A DNA stretch of 62,041 bases, filler included, from Choristocarpus tenellus KU-1152 (taxonomy: Eukaryota; Protista; Phaeophyceae): the NCBI GenBank assembly GCA_964200185.2. It is 10 parts of 10 records of this genome, joined end to end, with 100 filler letters (N's around TTAATTAATTAA, not from the genome) between each part and the next. Parts side by side here need not be neighbours in the genome. Positions count along the whole stretch, not along the records: positions 51,285 to 55,290 come from CAXNAD020016697.1; positions 55,391 to 58,976 come from CAXNAD020019101.1; positions 59,077 to 62,041 come from CAXNAD020023306.1; 7 more parts are not named here. One strand, given 5' to 3'. Under the pieces are notes generated by a model that saw nothing but the letters and a program-made list of their open reading frames with translations, ran no database searches and was not told the origin of the DNA. The translations under genes were made by a program, and so were the position numbers. This document shows, in pieces, positions 51,790 to 62,041 of this stretch (the first letter of the stretch is position 1; each line of letters starts with the position of its first letter).

Positions 51790-54700
51790 TACAGGTACTA
51801 GGATCCTGCATATTGCCAATATTCTTTCCCCCAGAGGATAGAGTCCGCAATGTGACATTTAGAGTAGTGGAAGGCTTACCTTGCGGGATGGTTCTGGGAG
51901 CAGCATTCTGTAGGCAGAACAAGAGCATACTGTCATTTAGAGAGGGGGAAGACTTTCGACCAGCTCCAAACTCACCATGGATACCTTTTGTTCGAGCTGT
52001 GACACACCCCGATCTCGTGAAACAATGCACCCCTGTCAGTCCTAGGAGAATGGCAAGCATCAATGACACCCACAACCCGACCATCCAAGTACCACAGACT
52101 GCCTCCTAATAACCCCAGATCGGCTGGATGTAAAGAACCCCCCCCTGACACACTCCCTAGATTCCCAAGATGCACTAGTACTCTAACTGGTGAACATACA
52201 CCACCAGAAAAGGAACATGCAACTTTTTTGATGTAGACCCAGAAGTAGGCACCCAAGATACGGATCCAGAGGCAGGTATCGCCACAATAGATATTACCCA
52301 GGACACGGATCCCCTGACCCCATCATTGGAGAGTCCAGGTGTAGTACCCCTTCCGGTAGAGGTAGCGTGGGAAGACGATGGGACTCTGCAGTGGGAATTG
52401 CGTCTGTCAGAAGTGGAAAATGTAGAAGGATTTGTCAGCAAAGTCTGCAAAGGATTTATTAAGGGGGACCACAATCCAGACAGTTGGTGATTATTGAGCC
52501 CTTATCAGAGTATAACCTGGAATTAGGGAATGCTGTTGGAGTTGCCAGAGGTGTACAGTGGTGGAACCCAGAACCCCCATCTATTGCGAGCTGGTAAATA
52601 CGTGCAGCAAGCCCAGTAGTGTCCAGGCAGGGCTGCCAGTTGCAAAGGCGATTGCTCTGAATACTCAGGATACAGAGAGGGTGGTTGCACTCTTTCAGTC
52701 ACTAGCCCATTCCCCCAAAGATCCTCAAAAAGCACAGGTTCTGCTTGCCACGACTAGTTTTCAGACAAGGCATCCCCGAGAAGCAGACGAGACTGGTGAC
52801 TGCCCGGTAGCAGAGGAAGAAGACACCCCTTCAGGTGAAGCCAAGGGGGTCCGACATCAATCGGTGAGCCTCAGCGATGCTAATATGGGACAGCTGACAC
52901 CAGGGCAGAATAAACAGTTGGTGGAATTGTTGGAATAATTTAGAAATTTAAGGGTATTCCCTGAAGATCCCAAACGAGTTCCCCCATGCTCTAGAGGAGT
53001 ACTACACACACCACTATTAGACGAGAACTGCACACCCTATGCAGCGAAACAAAGGCGCTTTTCTCCTGAAGAAACGCAGATGATTCAGGCCGACGTTAAG
53101 CGGTTGCAGGAACGTGGTATCATCAGACCCTCCAGCTCAGCGTGGGCAGCAGCAGTAGTAGCAGTACGTAAGAAAGATGGGACCCTGAGGTTTTGCACAG
53201 ACTATAGGATGGTTAATGATCTCTCGCGTAGTGATAGTGGAGGTCTCGGGAACATTGCCAGCATCTTTGATAAGCTTAACGGTTCTAGTTATTTTACTGC
53301 CATAGGTCTAGCATCGGGATTCTTTCAACTAGAAATTGCAGAGGTAGACAAACACAAGACAGTCTTCCGGGACGCTCATGGACAAATTTGGGAATATATC
53401 AGGTGTGGCTTTGGGTTGAAAATCTTACCTGCAGTATTCTCTAGTTCCACGAGAGGGGCATTAGGAGATCTCAAAGGAAACGATGTAGAAAACTGGCTTG
53501 ACGATCGTTTTTGCTATAGCTCATCAGATGATGAGCACATGACCAAACTTCGCCTCCTTCTTACCAGACTCAAGCAATACGGCCTGTCTGTGAACTTCCC
53601 CAAATCCTTATGGTGCATGCCCTCACAAAAATTTGTAGGATTGAAGGTAGGTAGATCTCTAGAGATGGCTTGAGTCCTGCTCCATCAAAAATGAAAGCAG
53701 TCGCAAAACTTGATCCCCCATCTACAGTTGAGCAGCTTAGAAGTTTTCTAGGCATGACAGGATACATGCGACAGTCTGTTCCGACCTATGGCCAAGTAGC
53801 TGCACCACTGACTGACATCCTCTGGAATAAAAGGTATGCTTCCAAAAGAGACAGGAAGAAGAGTATCCCTTGGGGATCAGAGGAGCAGAAGGCCTTTGAA
53901 GAACTTAAGGTGCGTCTGGTCTTTCCACCAATGCTAGTCTTTCCTGACTGGGATAAGCCGTACCTCCTCCATACAGATGCGAGTGAGGAAGGGGCTGGAG
54001 CAACGCTGACCCAGGTACAGGGTGATGACCAAGAACATGTCATAGCATATGCTAGCCATAGATGGTCTAACACAGACAGTAGGAGAGCACCCACTGAAAG
54101 GGAATGCATGGCTATCTTGTGGGCTGTATAACACTTCCACTCCTACATTTGGGGTAGGAAATTGACCCTAGTCACTGACTGCTCAGCACTGACTTAGCTC
54201 TACAAGAGTCGTGAACTTAGCCCCAAGCTCCACAAGTGGGCCCTCTGTCTCATGGACCACGACATGGAACTGAAGTGGCGAGCAGGGTCGAAGCACCAGC
54301 TACCGGATGGAATGTCACGACTTTCCTCACCAGCAGCATCAGGTTTGGATATCGACGATTTTTTCCCTGACGATCCGTCAGTAGCTTATAGCAAGACCTA
54401 CTCTGGACCACGAGGGCCTGTCTTAGATGGTGTATGTTTGCAGGATTTAGGTAAATCAGACCTAAGCCCAGGTCACCCCACACTGTCCCCTTGCTCTCTC
54501 TGTGCGTTGGTAGATTCAGAACTAGAGTGTGCTCCTCCCTCACATGATTAACCGAGTCTAGGTGCAGCACAAATGTTACTTCAAGAAACAGTTGATGCCA
54601 CACTCTCAGGAATACTGTCAGCTCTGCAAGATTGCCACACGGGACCTGATAATCGAGACTTAGGCAGTTAGAGGTTGGTTACCACTCAGTAGTTCCCAGG

Positions 54701-55290
54701 ATCAAAGTCTCCCAGTGTGTATTCCCCTCCCTCTGGTTGGATGGCCCCAGATAAGATACCTAGTGGAGACCCAACACACACCCCACAGCAACTCCTTCCC
54801 CCGCTTAACGCCACTAACACTTTTGGTTGGCAACCTTTAGACCCTACCCTCCAAGATAGGGTAGAAATAAAAGGAATAGCAGGAGAAGAGAAGCCACCAT
54901 TCAAGAAAAGGCGCACAAGTACATCAAGGCCAAAGAACAAGAAGGGTAGTGATAGAATAGTCCGAATGAGTGAGATGGTTCAACACCACCCCACTCTCAA
55001 GAAAGCAATGACTACTCTCTCAGACGTGCCAGAGCTAGTGGAGAGGCAGAAGAAAGATCCCTTCTCGGGCAGCATACGGGGTGTACTCGAAGGCCAAGAA
55101 CACTGGAAGTCGTCACTCGAATGAGGAAAGGGAGTATAGATGTGGAGTCATATTCCCTAGATGATAAGGAATTACTCTGGTACAACCCTGGAGAGTATGC
55201 ACCTAGGCTGGCAGTTCCTCGTGTTGAACTATCCCACACTGAACACGCGGATTTTATGGTGCTTTAATGAAGGACAACGAACAGCTTGAT
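51790..55290 (+). mobile_element. Ty3/Gypsy LTR retrotransposon pol (PR-RT-RNase H-start of IN), inactivated
   Basis: PR: GLPCGMVLGAAF. RT: GIIRPSSSAWAAAVVAVRKKDGTLRFCTDYR, GFFQL, CGFGLK, WLDD. RH: LRSFLGMTGY, LHTDAS, VIAYASH, TERECMAILWAV. Pre-IN: LAVP at ~55210. Stops and frameshifts at ~52107, 52936, 53670 and 54129. Confidence 0.95.
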
Positions 55291-56595
55291 NNNNNNNNNN
55301 NNNNNNNNNNNNNNNNNNNNNNNNNNNNNNNNNNTTAATTAATTAANNNNNNNNNNNNNNNNNNNNNNNNNNNNNNNNNNNNNNNNNNNNCTGCAAAATG
55401 TCAGAGGGCATAATAATATAATACATACATATAGTTTTTATTGGTTTCCCCCCTGACACATCTGCAAAATGTCAGAGGGCATAATAAAATATATATATAT
55501 ATATACCAGAAAAGGACAAAAAAGGATTTCCATACCACCGGGGGTGGTGTTAAAACCTTCGGCACGTCAAGTTTGTCTTTCATTACAGTACAGAATGAGG
55601 TATTGCCAGTGTTAGATATTAATGCATAATATGTGTGTGTACCTATCTATGTATTGAACATCTAACTTCGTAAATTGTCCATTTCTAGTTTTTTTTTTCT
55701 TCAACAACATGATGTCATGACGACGTGGTGGTTTGATGACGACGTAAAAGATTCACAACCAAGAAGATGTAACGCTTGCGACTCGTCTGATCCACCTCCC
55801 CCAATAACGCAGAAAGAAGTGTGACTATACTGGAGCTCAAAACTTAATGCATTGACGTCGTACCTTCTCAAGCCCCAACATCCGTGTGGTGTGATCAGGG
55901 CAAGTGTGATAGGGGAGGCATTATCATGGATGTCTGGAAAAAGCGGCGTGATGTATCCCTGTGTGCGAGCGACGTTCCAAGCGCAATTCGTCTCACTCCC
56001 CAATGTCCATCCTCTCTTCTCCATATTCAGATCCAAGGTTTGCCTAGGCAACACAACTTGAGCTGATGGAAGGGAGTAAACCACATACTTGTAGAGACGG
56101 GAGGAACAAGGAGCCAATCTGGGGATAAGTAGTGCCAGTGCGAGTAAGGAGCACCAGATAGAACAGACGTCTACAAGTGGGTGTTATCAAGGATTTGGTT
56201 CGCCGAAGGCGAGATCGAGAAGGTCAGCGAAATGAAAGAGGGCGAGCTGGAGGAACAGAAAGATCCTCCTCTTTTCATCCTGCCTGATGATAACACGGGC
56301 AGTGGTATAGACTACAGAATATTGGACAAAAATACGTGGGAGACCCTCAGGAGTTATTGTCAGGTGATTCAAGGGAGATACGCCTCTACTTTCCTCGAGG
56401 TTCAACAGTTTTGCGCTTGCACTATGGCTGATTTTCAAAGAGGAGAATGGTACAGTGGCAAACGGATAACGACCCCCTCTCTTACACAGTTTCTGGTTGT
56501 GGATTTTTTTGTCGAGACGAGCTATTCCTTGGAACCTCAGGCGTAAACTGGGACAAAATACCTCCCTAAATGACTCGTAATTGATGCGTGGCAAT

Positions 56596-56852
56596 GAGTC
56601 AAAGTAAACGAGAGGTAACCAGAGTTGCATTTTAAGGATGCTTACAAATAGGTACGAAATTCGTTTTTTTTACAAGTGCATATAGTACATTTCTTAAATC
56701 TGTAGAAAAGTTTGAAATAATAGATAAATCAATGCTATCAAGTCAAACTTAGCACTTCATCCATAGAAATATGGGTGAATTGCAATAGATTGAAAAACTG
56801 CCTTAAAATGCAAAATGGCTCAAACCCAGGCACCTTGCGTATACTCTGGCTC
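56596..56852 (+). mobile_element. MITE family C
   Basis: GAGTCAAAGTAAAC...GTATACTCTGGCTC; homologous to 27886-28133; flanks AAT/ACT. Confidence 0.8.
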
Positions 56853-58283
56853 ACTAGCCTGAAAGAGGTGGGATTAACTGAGTTTTGCCTCAATTCCTTT
56901 GTCATGTTTCAAACAACGTGCCGACAGCACTATTCATCTTGTCCTTGACCCTACACATCATCCACAATACCTGCCCACGGTACAAGAACAGGAATGGGGG
57001 ATTAAACAAGGGCATTTGGAGATGGTTTACAATAGATTCAAGCAAACAATACTCCAGACGGAACACCTGGACTTCACTACGAAACCGTTCCTCCACGTCA
57101 GCCTTGACTTCATTGCAGTGAGCGCAGGGATCTGTCCCATTGAGTTCCCAATGTGCTTCTTGTGATGGATATGATACCCTAGATTTTGAATATGGGTGGA
57201 AGTTGTGTGTTAGCTCTAACTTTGGAGGTGATACCAAATAGAGTTGTACTTTTACATGCTCAGAGGTGCAATGAAGCTTGCTTCCTCTTGCTTGACAACT
57301 AACTCCCGAATTATTCTTGCATAGCTGGAATAGTGTGCAACCTTGCTGAATTGTCCCCAAACTATCTGAGAGACTGTGTATCCGAGAATAGGTAGTGATC
57401 AGCCTTGAAAATGCACGCAGGAAGTATGGATAAAATTGCCGTGCAATACGCCCACCAATATGTCTGTGCTGCTAGGCTGGATTATAACGAAACCTGGGAT
57501 CAGGATTAAGATACAATCTTAGGTTTATCCTAATTCAATATACTTGAATAAACCGATTGTATTTTCCAAGTGCCACCTCACCTGTTACCTACTTTGCACA
57601 TACTTCCACACGCTCAAAAGAGAGTGCCTGACAATGAATGATCTTTCAAAGGGAAGATAGTCAAAGGTTCATAACATATAATGGTGCGGATATGCTTACA
57701 TTATTGTCATTGACAGTGCAGATCCAAGATATCAAATAAATGTGTTTACAACACAAAATACACACATGTATGTCCTGTCTAGGTTGAAGGAATGCGCTTC
57801 GTGGTGGTTGTTTTTTCACTCTACTCTAGAGATGACGTGTATGACAATTATTGAAAGGACTAGTAGCTGAGTCAGAGTGAACAGCAAATTCACGTATATG
57901 CCAATTAAATAGCGATGAAAGATTCTCGCACACAACAAACTGCTGGCAGCTACCTATTCTGCACTGATAGAGATAACATGATTCGTGGTGGGTTAAAACA
58001 CCGAATTTGACTGTCGCAACTAGAGGAAAACAGTTCTAGGGACATGTCATACTGTCCTTCTGACTGTCTTATTGAGAGAGAGAGACGCGTACGTCCTATT
58101 TTTTTCTACTCAAGACCTTAGGGTGTGTTATGGGTTGAATACTTTGTCTGATGTCCATACCATGGTGATGAAAGCAGTACAGATATATATATATATATAT
58201 ATATTTGGTTTACATGCTGTGTTGTGCTACCATATCTCTCAGAAAGTGCTATGGTGGAAAAGAATGATCTCAGACACATAGTA

Positions 58284-58530
58284 GACCCAAAGCATTTAAG
58301 AGGGTAGGGCCGCGTCCATTCAGGGTCATAATCCAATGTTGCGATTTCGATGGATTTTGGCTATTGTGTATGTTAGCGAGTGTCAATCTCCTTGCTCCAG
58401 ACAAACCGTTCATATTCGTATACATTTTAGGAAACTGTGTTCACACGCAGAGACCGAAAAAGGGCATACAAAACCTGTGGGAAGCCAAGCCCCGAATGGA
58501 CAACCAGGGCAAAACTCCTACCCTCTTGAA
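58284..58530 (-). mobile_element. Diverged MITE family A copy
   Basis: Shares internal blocks GCCGCGTCCATT, TGTTGCGATTT, GGGAAGCCAAGCCCC and CAGGGCAAAACTC.TACCCTCT. Confidence 0.75.
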
Positions 58531-58889
58531 TGTGTTGGATTGTGCTTCCCATCAGTGCAAAGCACCAACAAGAACATCCTATATAAACTTTCCATTCTCG
58601 TTGGTCTTTCCAACTCAAAGAATAGGATGAGTTCATGGGTACTTCAGGGGAATTCGCAGGTCAGCTCTTCCTCCAGACTTGGTTTCTCCGACCCAGACAG
58701 GGTCTGAACAACCCACTTGATGGGCGCTGCATAGACTTTGCCCGTCTAGTGATGATGTCTTGTGATCTTGCACGTCTGGGGGACTACGAGCTCCTTTCCA
58801 GCTTTTGGGCCTGTGTGCTGCAGAGGTGAGAAGCCTCAAACATCAACCTCTAAACACTTGAGAGCATGTATTCTCCGTGTGTACACACA

Positions 58890-58976
58890 GGCCCGAAGTA
58901 TCTCGGAGGGGGGGGGGGTCTACACCAAGGTGTCCATTTGGACCAAAATCAGGAAAAGTGCAATTACAGTATCCAT
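58890..58976 (-). mobile_element. MITE family B, truncated by contig end
   Basis: GGCCCGAAGTATCTCGGAGGGG...GTGTCCATTTGGACCAAAATCAGGAAAAGTG. Confidence 0.8.
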
Positions 58977-61972
58977 NNNNNNNNNNNNNNNNNNNNNNNN
59001 NNNNNNNNNNNNNNNNNNNNTTAATTAATTAANNNNNNNNNNNNNNNNNNNNNNNNNNNNNNNNNNNNNNNNNNNNATGTCGAAAAAAGCGATACAAAAT
59101 TGCATATTTTTCGATTTGGTTCATAATATTTGGCACAAAATCGGGGTAGGTACTGTAATTATCATCAAGTATGTCCTACTACCACCTTCGGCATGGATTC
59201 CCATTCAAAAAGGGGCCCTTAAAAGGTTTTATGACATTTACAAAAAAAAACATCTGGGCACTTTCCGCGCACTATTTTAGGAAAAATCCTCCATGAAATG
59301 ATCCATCCGCCATTATCTTGATCCGCTGTTCTTTGAAGATGATTGATTTGTCTCGTTGACTTAGTTAACTAGCAACTTAACTGTGCGGGCACTGACTGCC
59401 TGACACGTTAAAACCTCTTGGTCTCACAGCATGTTTCTGCCATAAAAGATTTCGGGAATTACGAGTGGGTATGGTGGAGTGGCTTAAAACTCATCCATAT
59501 TTTCACTTAGCCATAACCCACGCAACTTGGCACACACCAGCACATTGTGGAGTTTCTCCAGATCCTGCAAAGAAGGTGTGTGGTGGGTTTGAACCTGTTT
59601 GAAGTCAAGTTTTCTTTTCAAGGAAATCTGATTTCAATGGTCCCCGTGGCAAGGACTGTAGATAGTAAACCTCTCCGCTAATCCTGTCTTTCCCTATACC
59701 AGTGATGTGCTAATACCTGATGTGTCTTGTACCAACTCTAGATATTTTTTGAACGGGTTTGAGACCCCTCAGACTATGGTGCTCGTAGCTCTTTAGTTGG
59801 AGGCCTAGAATTCTTTACAAGAATAGGGGTTCAAAACGCGTTCAAAACCACACTTCTTTTCAGGGAAACACTTTCCATTAACCAAAGACGCATAACAAGC
59901 ACAACAGATTGTGCACTTATATTTCCTGTCCGTCGACACTTTATCCCAGTCAATTTGGGGTCAAGTCCAAAATCAATGAAAAGCTCCATCCTCAATTTTT
60001 GAAATCGGCTGTTAATTGCAGAAGCCTTTCCTGAATTTGTGTTGTCATTTTGTGTGTGGAAAGGGGGAATATCAATTTTATGTACTGCACAGGGAAAGAA
60101 AGATGGCTTCGAATGCAAAAGGGTCCAAGCTTGTCTACCTCTCGATTGATTTGGGTCACAAAACTTAACTCTAGTAGTGTTAAGATCCGAATTTGTTTTT
60201 TGTTTTCAATTTATTGTATCGAATCGGAAAATTTCGATTAATTTGATCCAATCGTCCGCACACAAAGCACACTAATCCCTATGCGAGCTGTTGCATCGTG
60301 AGGCAAAAGGCACCCTGAATGGTTCATGGCCCTGCAGGAGGAATAAAAACAAATAGTTTCCCTCATTCTGACTGTCAGAAGCATTTTTCTCCTGTAATAC
60401 AGCACAATATTTACTTTGAATTATATATATGCAAGAGAGCATATAGAACGAACACAACTAACAACATACTCTGTTTTGTATACAAGTCATAAGTGCAAAA
60501 AGAAATGTTTTGCAGCAGGAAATTAGACTTTTCTATACAACCTACTCGATATAGCACCTATGACAACATTGAAACGATAAGAAAGGTCAATAATACAGGT
60601 ATACTCTTTGACTACAAGCACAATGAATGCCAACTATAGAATATAGTAGATACGCTACGCCCTTCACCTCTGACAGGATTCCTCCAGTCTTCAGGTGTTA
60701 GCTGCAACCTTTTTGACATTCTTGGCATGCTCCCATGCATCTATCTTGAGCCAAGTGCTATGCAGGAAGACAAAACAAACTGCAAGTTGTCCGGGTCCGA
60801 CCTATTTCTCATTGCTGTTGCAATATTCATGAACGTTATACGCTCTGACTCTGCCTGTAAAACAGGAATGTCCAAACAAGTTGAGCAAGTTTGTCTGTAA
60901 GCGTGGAGAGAATGAAGCACTCTCTCGCAACCACTTGAGTGGGTTATTGAAGCCGCTTCTTTTGTTACCCTCTTGAAAGGGATTGTGCCATCTTCAGGAA
61001 TCAACTTCCATTCATACTGACTATTCCATGTACTATCTGCTCGCGACTTGCATCAGCTCTCCACCACCACCAGCTAAACATCTACCACAAGTCGCAAGGA
61101 AAGATCTGTCAAAGCCTATTAGCCTCTGCATTAGACGGGGCTGTAACCTCTTAGAACAGGAAGTGTGGACTGTGCGTACTTTACCAGATGCATCTATAAT
61201 TTTTTGGCTTGTTTTGCTTCATCACTAAGATACCAGCTACTACCTGCTCTTATTGCATTCAAATTGTCCTATCCTCTTCTTTTGGAATGTCATAGAGGTA
61301 CGATCCTGGGGTTCAGACAGGTGGTGAGCATCTGCTTCCACTCTCTTGAACCTTTTAGGCTGGCTGCTCGTACCCTTAGAATTGGGCATTGTATTGGACC
61401 CATGGCCAAAGTTGTTGTAATAGTCCTCCATCGTATCTTCTGCACAGAACTGTATAGCCTTCTTTGCCCTATGAAGTAGTTCCTCCTCCTCATTCTCGGA
61501 GAAGGGTATAATACACAACAACGGTAGATGATACATTTGTTGTTCAGGCTCAATATGTGTAGGGGTCATAGATGTAGAGCAAATGGTGAAAGGAGGTGAT
61601 CACATACAATTTCCTCCTTCGAGTAATTTTGTACCTCCTTGATGGGCTCTATCCAGTATCTTTGCCGTAAGTGGGAGAGGTCTTTGCAACACTTTTTGGT
61701 GATCCTCATAAACGAAGATCAAAATCTAGAAATGGGTGTAACCCTCGTACATGTGAGTCCTCTTTCATCCCCATCGGATAACAAAATCAGAGACCCCTCT
61801 ATTACTACACTCTCGCCTCAATCCTCGGGTATTGCACCTGAACCAGATCGCAGAAAATATTTTATTGGTGGGTGTAACCTTCCCTTGCTATAGAAGCAAT
61901 AGGTACGGAGTGAGGGGTCGAAGAAGTTTGAAGTTGAAAGGTTGTTAGTATTGTGCTTTTGAATCAGGTACT

Positions 61973-62041
61973 GGCTCAAAGTATCTGGGAGGGGGTAGCG
62001 GCTGTCCATTTGGGGTCAATTTTTTCATATCGCGATTTTTG
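61973..62041 (+). mobile_element. MITE family B, truncated by window end
   Basis: GGCTCAAAGTATCTGGGAGGGGGTAGCGGCTGTCCATTTGGGGTCAATT. Confidence 0.85.

Noticed and set aside
55701-57360. Overlapping 120-150 aa ORFs on both strands
   Set aside because: No recognisable motifs or consistent splice chain; they may hide real exons but I cannot support a call.
59200-61900. Possible degraded gene or transposase on the minus strand
   Set aside because: Only short stop-interrupted frames without diagnostic motifs.

Overview
Eukaryotic, intron-rich genomic DNA. It is not one locus but 10 contigs joined by artificial 100-nt N-TTAATTAATTAA-N linkers (contigs 1-13193, 13294-20698, 20799-23637, 23738-27631, 27732-34235, 34336-45901, 46002-51184, 51285-55290, 55391-58976, 59077-62041). 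A RETICULATA-like plastid gene, TTAGGG repeats and the intron style suggest a photosynthetic stramenopile such as a brown alga or relative (inference). By manual exon splicing I recover a cathepsin B, a divergently transcribed unknown gene, a cytochrome b5 reductase-like flavoprotein, PEX13, a multi-pass membrane protein and a RETICULATA/DUF3411-like gene. There are also Gypsy, Copia, LINE and pogo relics and three related MITE families with 3-bp TSDs. The most unusual signal is in contig 1: about 40 short (2-5 unit) TTAGGG/CCCTAA tracts in both orientations, none in the exons I mapped. Some are flanked by target-site-like duplications, one forms a perfect head-to-head fusion palindrome between two identical 69-bp copies, and several sit at branch-point or acceptor positions. 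This suggests telomerase-mediated micro-insertion at internal breaks, with possible co-option as splice signals. All counts and exon calls are manual; no database searches were run.
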